From Octopus sinensis (lineage: Eukaryota): a DNA stretch of 64,000 nucleotides. Under the pieces are notes generated by a model that ran no database searches, had not been told where the DNA came from, and was given only the letters and a program-made list of their open reading frames with translations. The position numbers and the translations under genes are program-made. How positions within the stretch are numbered: position 1 is the first letter of the stretch; each line of letters begins with the position of its first letter. Below, one piece after another: positions 53,593 through 64,000 of the stretch. The DNA is taken from assembly GCF_006345805.1 (NCBI RefSeq), contig NC_043009.1:24800001-24864000 (forward strand). Direction: 5' to 3'.

Positions 53593-53644
<52 letters not shown>

Positions 53645-53829
53645 AAGGAGTAAATATATGGCACAAGAAGTACCGATATTTACTGGAAATAGCGAACGTA
53701 ATAATACGACGCTAATGTATAGCTTCACCGCGTATGTACTAGCAAAAATGCGTGTGTGCAACAAACTAGAAAAAATTGTTTTACCTCCAGCGAGAACATC
53801 TGAAAGATGAAATACCTGGAAAAGGATAA

Positions 53830-53906
53830 TGTGGGACCTGCGCAGGTTTCAGATTTTTCAAGATATGTCTGCACCCATAATCTTGATCTATCTTCATCAG
53901 CCAGAC
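53830..53906 (-). ncRNA. Type I hammerhead with a long palindromic helix III
   Basis: gtctgg CTGATGA (53900-53894) agat...atct GAAA; helix III ACCTGCGCAGGT (perfect 12-mer palindrome); GUC; then ccacat. Helix I has one mismatch. Confidence 0.7.
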
Positions 53907-54005
53907 ATATAGCACGACAAAATTTCAGATGTTACCACATTAATGCCATTACACTCGACTGAAACGCCAAAACGCTAACAGCACGAGAACGGTGAAGAAG
54001 TTTCA

Positions 54006-54107
54006 ATAAATTAGTAATGCAATACTAGAGTATTGATTTCCAGTAAAGAATAGCATGGGCTATTCTTTACTGGAAAGCAATACTCTAGTATTGCATTACT
54101 AATTTAT
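54006..54107. repeat. Hairpin (about 49-bp arms, loop atgg) abutting (TA)n
   Basis: ataaattagtaatgc...aagaatagc atgg gctattctt...gcattactaatttat. Confidence 0.95.
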
Positions 54108-54112
54108 ATATA

Positions 54113-54165
<53 letters not shown>

Positions 54166-54416
54166 TGTATATGTATGTATGTATGTATGTGTGTGTGTGT
54201 ATGTATGATGTTATGTATAGTATATATAGTTTTTCAGTTTCTCTCAAACAAATCCACGTACATGGATTTCGTTAATTCGGGTCTATTGCAGAAGGTACCT
54301 TTCCATGCGTGCCAACAAGTGGGACAGAGACCCAAACAATGTTGCTTGGAAGCAGACTTCTTACCACTAAGCCACACTAGCACCTAATGCCACCTCTCAA
54401 TGATATTATACCCACA

Positions 54417-54615
54417 GGCGACGAGGTGGCGGAATCGTTAGCACTCGGACAAAATGCTCAGCAACATTTCGTCTGCCTTTATGTTCTGAGTTCTAATTCC
54501 GTCGAGGTGGACTTTGACTTTCATTCTTTCGAAGTCAATGAAATAGATATCTGCTGAATACTGGGGTCGATATTATCGCTTTACCTCCTTCCCCACAACC
54601 AGCCGGCCTTGTGCT
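54417..54615 (+). mobile_element. SINE family B
   Basis: ggcgacgaggtggcggaatcgttagc...gttctgagttctaattcc. Confidence 0.8.
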
Positions 54616-55522
54616 AATAACTGGACTTGTATATTTTGCAATTTCCTACATTTAATAAAATTTTCGCTTTCATTTGACCCAAGCACGCGCGCACACTAAC
54701 CCATGAAAACGTATAATTGAAGGGCTTACTTTCAAAATCAGCTCTATGCACAGGAATGACTCTTTAGTAATTGTTTAAAACAACAATTTGAATATACCTG
54801 AATTTGATTGGAAGACTAAGATTCGCCTATTGTCTATATGGCATCTACCCTAGTTTGATTGAAAAATATTTGCCGTGCGTGAAGCCAGCAGCTTGCAGAT
54901 TGTGTTTTAATGGTTATCATGAAATCAAACAAATATGCACTTTTACCGCTCTTTGAAAGTAAGCTCCACGTATAGACACATGCGCATGCTCTTTTTACTC
55001 GTTACTTACATTGATTAGATTACGGTCATGCTGGGGCACCGGCTTAAATGGTTTATTGGAACAAATCGACCTCAGCTCTTACGATTTTCATAGTCAGTCT
55101 ATGACGACCTTTTGTCATACAAAGACACGCGCGCGCGCACACACACAGACACATGCGACGAGTTTCCCTACGAATTCGGACTGCCAAATTGATTCGTAAG
55201 GTATTTGCCCGAACCGGAGCTTATAGTAGGAGACACTTGACCAAGGAAGGTGATGCTCAGTGAGACCGAACATGTAACCACATGCACTCTCGCATATGCT
55301 GAAAAATTTCAGGCTTTGGGTAAAAGAAAAAAACAAGCGGTTCACTTTTATGATTTTATTCAACATATTCAACTCCCAGATTCATACATTTATTGCAGCG
55401 GTCCTTTAGTTTTTCTAATCTCTGTAAAAAATCTCGGAAGGCTGGGCCCCCAGCCAGGCCCTTCACGACACCATTTAGGCCAGAACCTTTTCAGTAGCCC
55501 CTCGTATATGTATATATATATA

Positions 55523-55891
55523 TAGTGATTCAAAAGCCTCCATACATAGGAAAAATTAAATTTTTATAAGAAACAGTTTATAAGATCCCTTAGATCTCCT
55601 GATCTGTCCCCTCTTCATTTCTGTCTTTGGGGGCTTTTGAAAGGCATGGTGTATCGCGGAAAGATGAAAGACATAAAGCATTTAAAGGAACGTATCACCA
55701 ACTCATTTGCACTCGTATCACCAGTTGTGCAATTACGAGTTCACAATGAGTGCAGTAAACGTATTGCAACGTGTATTGAAAACAATTGTAACCATACAGA
55801 GCGTGTTAAATAAGAAAAAAATCTGTTGCTTTAAACTGTTTCTTATAAAAAATAAATTCTTCCTATGTATGGCGACTTTTGAATCACCCTG
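55523..55891 (+). mobile_element. Internally deleted Tc1/mariner-superfamily element: about 65-bp TIRs plus transposase C-terminus
   Basis: gtgattcaaaagcctccatacatagg... versus ...cctatgtatggcgacttttgaatcaccctg|TA. 55592-55810 encodes RSPDLSPLHFCLWGLLKGMVY...HLKERI...CIENNCNH. Confidence 0.85.
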
Positions 55892-55919
55892 TATATGTAT
55901 ATATATATATATATATATA

Positions 55920-56620
55920 GCAAAATCAAGGAACGGCCATAATAGGCCATTCACCCACTAGAAATAACAGCCAAAGCTTCAACCGCAAAACAACATCAAT
56001 TCCGCAAACCAGGAGAAAATTAAAAAAACATTTACCCTATAGTTCCTTATACGATGCACCGTTTCATCTATTGTTTAATGGTAAACTAACCTGATTAAAT
56101 TAAATCAAGCTAGTCTTCCATAGGCCGATAGATTCGTCAGTAAAGAACAGCCAGATCGGAGCAGATATTTACACAAGGCGCTTCTATCACTGTCTCGGCA
56201 ATATCAGACCTAAAATTTTCAAATCATCGCACTCGCGCCAAATTTATCGGCAGCAAATATAAGCCGCCGATTCCATTACGGAATTAACCAGAAAATTCAT
56301 AATTATCAATATGGGTGGCAAAAAATTTCGTAGAATTTTTTGCCACCAGCGGCCTAGTGGGAAAAAATAAATAGTCATAGACCATTTATAAATTCAACAG
56401 CAAAATCAAGGAACGGCCATAATAGGCCATTCACCCATGTTGTTTTTGGCGGTTGAGAGCTTTGGCTGTTATTTCTAGTGGGTTGAATGGCCTATTATGG
56501 CCGTTCCTTGATTTTGGTGTTGAATTTATAAATGGTCTATGACTATTTAATTTTTTCCCACTAGGCCGCTGGTGCAAAAAATTCTACGAAATTTTTGCCA
56601 CCCTATATTGATTAATTATA
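55920..56620. mobile_element. Retrozyme-like element: 480-bp unit, 38-bp restart and inverted arm, in (TA)n
   Basis: gcaaaatcaaggaacggccataataggccattcaccca at 55920 and 56400; 56438-56620 is the reverse complement spanning the unit junction. Confidence 0.9.
56042..56148 (-). ncRNA. Type I hammerhead
   Basis: Helix I gttcttta/taaggaac (8 bp); CTGACGA 56140-56134; helix II atctat/atagat; GAAA; helix III acggtgcatcgt; GUA 56052-56050. Confidence 0.88.
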
Positions 56621-56704
56621 TTATATATATATTATATATATATATATATATATTATATACTATAATATATAATATATATATATTATATATATATATATAT
56701 AATA

Positions 56705-57410
56705 TAAATAGATGAGTGTAATTTTACCTTGTTAACAATTAGCACGGAAAAAAATAAATAGTTACCAGGGCAACAAAAATCTCACAAGTAAAGGTGTTAT
56801 AACTCCTTGTTTATAAAGGTAGAAACTTCGTGTTTACGTTGAATATTTGAATAATATGAATAAAAAATGGAGTTAACGCAGGTGTAAACAAATATTTTAA
56901 CTTTCGACACATGTTTCGAAAACTCCACTGATACTATTCAAAAGAATAAATGGTATAAACAATGCAATCTTCTCTTCGGGAAAGTGAAAAAAACGGAACT
57001 TGTCGATACGACATTTTAGCAAAATTTTTATTATTTTATTATTTTTTCTAAAAATACTCTAGTAAACATGGTTATAGAGCGAGCATACAGATGTAAGCAT
57101 TGGCAAAAACATACATTTAGTGCATATACGTAGTCCTATCATTATATATAATTAAAACTAAACTTTATTTCCTTTATATTTAACATTCACTATTAATATC
57201 CCAACTCTTCTGTTAGCTACTTATGATGCTATCATCTACCGTTTTTTTAAACAATATTAATAGCGTCTATCTATCGCTATACAAATCCATCATTTTTTGC
57301 TAAAATGTCGTATTGACAAGTTTCGTTTTTTGAATAGTATCAGTGGAATTTTCGAAATATGTGTCGAAAGTAAAATATTTTTACACCTGCGTTAACTCCA
57401 TTTTTTATTC

Positions 57411-57412
<2 letters not shown>
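56705..57412. mobile_element. Second family D element: minus copy (56705-57025), about 270-bp spacer, internally deleted plus copy (57295-57412)
   Basis: Homologous to 12490-12910, with the same left terminus aaatagatgagtgta. Confidence 0.85.
56900..56985 (-). ncRNA. Type I hammerhead, U4C variant (family D)
   Basis: actttc CCGAAGA gaagatt...agttttc GAAAC atgt GTC gaaagt. Confidence 0.8.
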
Positions 57413-57468
<56 letters not shown>

Positions 57469-57492
57469 TGTGCGCTTCCCATAATACAGGGA

Positions 57493-57565
57493 TCTTACTG
57501 AAGAGCCTACCTGAGTAAATAAATATTATTTTTATTGGTGAAATAGGCGAAACTGCAGTCTAAGA
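57493..57565 (+). ncRNA. Canonical type I hammerhead, copy 1
   Basis: tctta CTGAAGA gccta...taggc GAAA; helix III ACTGCAGT; GUC (cleavage after 57560); taaga. Confidence 0.92.
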
Positions 57566-57892
57566 AGAACTAAGTTTGTAAAAGTTTTTAATTTTCATCT
57601 CATTAAATTTATCCAGCTTTTGTGTATCTAGTACACACTTCGCCTTTCATGTACTTATATGAATAATATATGGCGTGTCCTAGAACACCAGCGATAATAA
57701 TAATTTTATTTTATCGCATTTGACTTTGTTTACGTATTTTCTCGATAAATTTTTGAGCGTTAGACGATATACCAGAAACCCCTATTTTGTCGGGTACGTT
57801 CTGAGTCTGCGCAGTGATTTGAATAGTTTAGAAAGAGCAATTTAATAGACGCATGTGCCTCTATTAATGTGCGCTTCCCATAATAACAGGAA

Positions 57893-57964
57893 TCTTACTG
57901 AAGAGCCTACCTGAGTAAATAAATATTATTTTTATTGCTGAATAGGCGAAACTGCAGTCTAAGA
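57893..57964 (+). ncRNA. Canonical type I hammerhead, copy 2
   Basis: Same core and helices as copy 1; predicted cleavage after 57959. Confidence 0.92.
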
Positions 57965-58145
57965 AGAACTAAGTTTGTAAAAGTTTTTAATTTTCATCTC
58001 ATTAAATTATCCAGCTTTTGTGTATCTAGTACACACTTCGCCTTTTAATGTACTTATATATGAATAATATATGGCGTGTCCTAGAACACCAGCGATAATA
58101 ATTAATTTTATTGTATCGCATTTGACTTTGTTTACGTACATATAT

Positions 58146-58194
<49 letters not shown>

Positions 58195-58240
58195 TAAATT
58201 GAAAGAATGGAGTCGAACGAAGATGTACAAAAAATCCTTA

Positions 58241-58321
58241 CTCTCGACACATGTTTCGAAGACAGCATGTTTCATTCCAAAGGAATAAAGGGTGCATTAT
58301 GCAATCTTCTCATCAGGAAAG
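58241..58321 (-). ncRNA. Canonical type I hammerhead (left arm)
   Basis: ctttc CTGATGA gaagat...gtcttc GAAAC atgt GTC gagag on the minus strand. Confidence 0.9.
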
Positions 58322-58460
58322 AAAGGGAGCTCTCTCGACAACAAGACAACAAAAATTTCGATGATTGCCTACATGGTAGACAAAGCGATAATCGCTTTGT
58401 TTACCATGTAGGCAATCATCGAAATTTTTTTTTGTCTTGTTGTCGAGAGAGGCTCCCTTT

Positions 58461-58542
58461 CTTTCCTGATGAGAAGATTGCATAATGCACCCTTTATTCC
58501 TTTGGAATGAAAACATGCTGTCTTCGAAACATGTGTCGAGAG
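58461..58542 (+). ncRNA. Canonical type I hammerhead (right arm)
   Basis: CTGATGA 58466-58472; helix II gaagat/gtcttc; GAAA 58526-58529; GUC 58535-58537; helix I ctttc/gagag. Confidence 0.9.
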
Positions 58543-58762
58543 TAAAGGAATTTTGTTAACATCTTCGTACGACTCCATTCTTTCATTTATTCATATACAA
58601 CACACAAATTTCCACACATGAACCCGGAGTTTCTACCCTTGACAGGTCGCTTCAACCGTGTTTTCTGACGTGAATTTGCTACCCAGTTTTCGGTTAAACG
58701 AATTTTCCATGCTGACGGTAAACATAGGATAATTCATTCACCTACTTATATATATATATATG

Positions 58763-58794
<32 letters not shown>

Positions 58795-58999
58795 ATCCAA
58801 CATGGAAGCCTAGAATCTAACGTATCACTATAGCCGCCACCCACACTAATTCGGAGTTTGAAAATTTAACTATTGCCATTTCCTTCGCATCTCAATTCAG
58901 AAAGGACCTCCCTTCCTCTGGTGGGAATGTGACCTCCGTGGTAAAAAAAACAACAAAAAACAAAAAACTTCCTCGATGTTCTGACATATTTAAAAATCT

Positions 59000-59545
59000 C
59001 GAGTTCCTTTCGCAAATCCAGGGCATCATCAATGAGAAGCGCGGCAAGTTCATGAGGGTCATTACCAGTCGTTTCCCAGTTTTGGGGTCAAAATATGATG
59101 TGTTGAGCAACAAGACATGTACAAATCCTATGTGAGTCCATGTTTTAAAAGACCCGCGTGATACGGTGCAAGCGTTTGCTGAACAGCCCCAGCCACCTTG
59201 AGGAGCCCAACATGCCCTGGTTCACCCCTGTTGAGAAGAACTTCTTCCAAAACAGTCAACATAAGAAATAGTAGGCGGTTCTTCGCCAGCTTCTCTGTTG
59301 CCTTCACTGTTTCGATAGTATGTGATAGTTTGGTGGGTTATGAGCAAAGAGGGTCATCTCATGCCTATTGACCTTTTCTCACAGCATCCTTTATTGGGAA
59401 TTTTGCGACGATTGTTGAGCCCAGGATCGAGAGAATTGGTCGTGAGATGCTATACTCGTTCCATTACACGGCCTTCTGTCAAGCAGCCCGCAAGATCTAA
59501 GAGTGGGTGGGAGTGGATTTGCATAATTATGTTGCTCCTTACATT
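59000..59545 (+). pseudogene. Heavily decayed mariner-superfamily (maT/DD37D-like) transposase fragment
   Basis: VIVWWVMSKEGHLMPIDLF resembles the maT motif MV.GV.S..G..MPP.FF, followed by a PW(I)ER..-like stretch (recall only). Confidence 0.45.
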
Positions 59546-59804
59546 TGACTTCCTAGCTCACTTCGTTTAAACACTTTGGGTTAAAACGTCTAGAGTTGCG
59601 TTGAAAAGCAGACCAACTAACGAAGCGCACACCACCAAGGCCTCGTTTAGAACCTTATGAGTGATATGGATATATATTACCTCATCAAATAATTTATAGG
59701 TTTTAGAAGGCGAATCAAATAAATAATCAAGGCTGATGGCAGTTTTATTGATAGCCTATAGTTATGTGCATGTAAGAAGATGTGTACAACCTTCATGTAA
59801 TTTA

Positions 59805-60183
59805 TCATAAGAAGTTTGCTTCACAACCACATAGTTCCAGGTTCAGTTCCACTACGTGGAACAGGTGTCTTCTGCTATAGATGTGGGTCGACCAAAGCCT
59901 TGCGAGTGCATTTGATAGACGGAAACTGAAAGAAGAGCGTCGCTTATATATATATATATATATATGTATATATCTGTGTGTATCGTTATGTCTGTGCTTT
60001 GTCCTCCACCACCGCTTGACAACCCGTCATGGTGTGTTTACGTCCTCGTAACCCAACGGTTCGGCAAAAGGGACTGATAGAATAATTAAAATGATAATTA
60101 CTAGGCTTGATTTATTCGACTAAATACTCTTCGAGACCGTGCTACAGCATGGACACAATCTGATGACTAAAACAAGCAAACGA
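59805..60183 (+). mobile_element. SINE family A, diverged
   Basis: ccaggttcagttccac...gacggaaactgaaagaag...gtgtgtttacgtcctcgtaac...ggttcggcaaaag. Confidence 0.8.
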
Positions 60184-60533
60184 AAAACGAAGCATTTTTA
60201 CGCTAGTGTCTCCTTATAAGTACCTGTAATACGCTAGGTTTTCAGGATTTTTGACAACTGATTCTATGCTTGCTCCCTACAAAAACGTGTTCAATCACAT
60301 TTGATCGATATTAGATCACGTATACAAAGACAAGCAATCTGAGGGAAAGGCAAACATGATTGATCACCCACAAACCGTTACACTCTGATACACATGGACA
60401 GTTAAAAGCAAACTAACACATACGCACTAAAATATGTACATATACATATTGTATATATATATATCTATATATATATATATATGCATGTATGTGTGTATTG
60501 TATGTATAATATATATGTAATGCATATATATAT

Positions 60534-60576
<43 letters not shown>

Positions 60577-62011
60577 GTATATGTACGTATGTATATATAT
60601 GTTTCTATATATGCATGTATGTTCGGCCACATACACGTACTCATATACAGCGGCCAGATGAAGGATGCAAACAGATGTGAATACCTAAATGGTGTGTGTG
60701 TGTGTGCGTGTGTGTACATGTATTTATGTATATTTATTGTGTGTATGCGTGTCTATACATATTTCACATATGGTATATAAATATATACTTATATAATATA
60801 CACCACCCACATACACACACACACACACACACCACACACACACACACAACCACACACACACACACAACCACACACACACACACAATCATATATATATATA
60901 TATATATATACACGCATATCAATTTTATATATATATATATAAAATGATATGCGTGTATTGACAAACTTATCTAGTATATATGGAAGCACATATGCATAGA
61001 GTACACACACGCATATACACAGGCATGCAGATGCACACACACTTATCTGCACGTTTGAACAATTATGGAAGGACAACTTACATATCACTCCATTTTTATA
61101 TCATTCAATCATATATATGTATACGTGTACGTGTGTATGTATGTATGTATGTATGTGTGTGTATTTATATATATACATATATATACATTTTTACACAAAT
61201 ATATACATATATATATATACACACACACATTATATATATATATATATATGTCCGTATATATATATATATATGTGTGTATATATCTATCTATCTATCTATA
61301 TATATAATATATTTATATAATATATATATATAATATATATATATATATATTATATATATATTATATATATATATTATATATTATATATATATATATTATA
61401 TATATATATATATATATACACCACGTGTATATATGGCATCTAGGTATATTACATATATTACATATGTACGTATACACACACATATATATATATAAGCGAT
61501 ACATACATATACGTACGTATATAATGTCGTATATACGTGTATATATATAATATATATATGTATATATATATATATATATATCTATATATATGCACATATA
61601 TACACACACACGTACGTACATATATATATGCGTTACAAAGCAAAGGAAGAAAATGCAAAAACAAAACAAAAAAAGAACAATACCAATAAAAATAATATTT
61701 TAAAACATATTATTAGATAAAATGATATTTCCCAGTCCTTCGATAACAACGCATCGTTCTTGCAATGTTGATGTGGGAGTTATTGATCCATTCTTCTCTT
61801 TGGAATTGGCATTCATCCCCGAAAAACATAAACAATCGGTGAAATTCTAGTCCAACGATCATTCCAGAGCGTGCTGTTATACAATGTTCTATACTCGGGA
61901 GACATTTTATCGAGGCTTTCTCTTACACGAGATTGCCATCTGAATACGCCATCTTTGAACTTGCAATCAGAAAATGCCAATTCCGTGGCTGCTGCTGCTG
62001 CTGCTGTTCTA

Positions 62012-62051
<40 letters not shown>

Positions 62052-62327
62052 TACTACTACTACTACTACTACTACTACTACCGCTGCTGCTGCTGCTGCC
62101 GTTATTGCTATTTAATGCTGTTGCTATTGTGGTTTGCTCCTGTTATAGAATTTTTTGTTGTTGTAGTTGATTACTTTGCCAATACGGAGGCATGCACCTC
62201 CTCCGCCTCCTCCTCCTCTTCCCCATCCTCGTCTTTCCCTTCCTCTCCTCCTCTGCCCCCTCTTCCTCCTACTGCTGCTGCCGCTGCAAGTAATTACGCT
62301 TATTCGTGTTGTTCTTTTTATTGTCTT

Positions 62328-62525
62328 ACTGGTTAGCTGGCAAATACGTTAGCCTGCCGGTTCAAATGCTTAGCGGCATTTCATCCGTCTTCACGCCGAG
62401 TTCAAATTCCACCGAGGTCGATTTTGCCTTCTGTCCTTCCCAAAATAAATACCAGTCGTGCGGTGGGGGTCGACATAATCGACAGGCCTCCCACCTAACG
62501 TTTCATATCTTATGCCTCTAGTGAA
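62328..62525 (+). mobile_element. SINE family B
   Basis: tagctggcaaatacgttagc...gagttcaaattccaccgaggtcga. Confidence 0.8.
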
Positions 62526-62539
62526 AAGGGTTCTTCTGA

Positions 62540-62553
62540 CCACCACCACCATT

Positions 62554-62586
<33 letters not shown>

Positions 62587-62903
62587 GCTATGTTCATCTT
62601 GGTTGTCATCATCATATCATCATTATCATCGTCGTCGTCATCATCATCGTTATCATCATTATCATCGTTGCCATCATCATCATGTTCATCATCATTATCA
62701 TCTCTGTCATCATCATCGTCATCATCATTATTGTCATCATCATCACCACCACCACCACCACCACCATCATCATTATCATGATCGTCATCGTAATCACGAT
62801 TATTATCAATGCTATTGTTTTTACACTTCCTCTTACTATTTTTACTATTGTCAATATTTCCACAAAAAAAGAAATATATATAAATAATAATAATAATAAT
62901 GGC

Positions 62904-62935
<32 letters not shown>

Positions 62936-62995
62936 TGGTGATAATAATAAAAATAATAATAATAATAATAACAATGATGATGATAATAATAATAA

Positions 62996-63091
<96 letters not shown>

Positions 63092-63095
63092 GTCC
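62540..63095. repeat. Compound (CAT)n/(AAT)n/(TTA)n microsatellite
   Basis: Directly visible; similar tracts at 28497-28860, 34600-35420 and 36700-36910. Confidence 0.95.
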
Positions 63096-64000
63096 TGCCA
63101 TTGTTGGTATTGTTATTGTTTGCAATAAGTTTATTATACTACTAATTATCGTACCATCATCGTGATATTTTGTTGATGTTGCTCGTTTGTTCTCCAGATT
63201 TTATATATATATATATATATTATATATATATATTATATTATATATTATATATATATTATTTATTTATTTCTATACATTTTTATAGTATTTAAAAAAAAAA
63301 TATTTATTCCTGTTTGTGTTATTTCGAAATATATAGTCCCCCCCCCCCACTCTTTCTCCCTTGTAACTACTTATCTCCAGATAAGTACACAACTGACACG
63401 AGGAAGCCATATTGCTGCTTCGCTTTCCTTTGCGTAGATGAGTTTTAAACACTAAAAAATTATCAATCTTTGACGATTTCATAAAGCAACATAATCTCTC
63501 TCTCTCTATCTATCTCTCTCTCTATATCTAACTCTCTCTCTCTCAAAACCTTTATCTCCATCTCTACCTTTCTTTCTTTCTGTCTCTCCATGCGATTATC
63601 AATATGCCTACGTAAGCATGTTATGTGAGCGTGCCGGATGTATGTGGATTTTTATGTATGTGTATGTGAGAGCGTAAGTTAGTCAATGCTTTTGTAATAG
63701 CGTATATATATATACACATATATGTATATATACATATATATATATATGTTATACATACACATAGATAATTTATTATACATTACATATATATATATATATA
63801 GATATATATATATAGTTATATATACATACAGATATATGATATATATTATATATATATATAATATTATATATATAATATGATATGATTGTATCCCTAATAA
63901 GTGTGTGTGTATATGTATTTGTGGATTCATATGAGTGTATGTTTGCGCTTGTATTGCTATTGGTTTTTTCTAGAAGACTTTTCTATCTCTTGTAATTTGG

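Larger units (their letters stand above)
52499..53598. mobile_element. Retrozyme-like element: 507-bp unit, partial second unit and inverted arm, in (TA)n
   Basis: gtatattcaaagggcaagacc at 52499 and 53006; inversion at 53229; arm ends near 53598. Confidence 0.9.
57463..58138 (+). mobile_element. Retrozyme-like 1.7-mer with a 399-bp unit and two hammerheads, in (TA)n
   Basis: tattaatgtgcgcttccc at 57463 and 57862. Confidence 0.92.
58190..58595. mobile_element. About 200-bp-arm palindrome (centre 58390) carrying a hammerhead on each arm
   Basis: gcgat-a-atcgc at the centre; arms are complementary throughout with few mismatches. Confidence 0.93.

Overview
Eukaryotic, AT-rich, microsatellite-saturated non-coding DNA. 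The repeat families resemble those I recall from Octopus (inference; no search run). No intact host gene is recognisable, and almost all ORF-track entries are translations of (TA)n/(CA)n/(TATG)n/(ATT)n/(CAT)n. Recognisable mobile DNA: a decayed Penelope-like GIY-YIG C-terminus (0.7-1.5 kb), a frameshifted Tc1 transposase cut by a 100-N gap (7.5-8.7 kb), two R4/Dong-type RLE retrotransposon fragments next to (TAA)n (10.6-12.0 kb, 50.4-50.6 kb), a deleted Helitron (19.5-20.5 kb), a 5'-truncated CR1/L2-group LINE (22.3-24.2 kb), two mariner-superfamily relics and many tRNA-derived SINEs. Main finding: about 20 type I hammerhead ribozyme (HHR) motifs, intact or decayed, from at least 8 largely unrelated sequence families, all found by eye. 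They show a CUGANGA...GAAA...NUH core, helices I and II, and a short palindromic helix III. They lie in 400-510 bp head-to-tail repeats and head-to-head foldbacks, mostly inserted in (TA)n, and one lies inside a tRNA-headed SINE. This fits a dense community of Penelope-dependent retrozyme-like elements. Cleavage, circularisation and novelty are untested.
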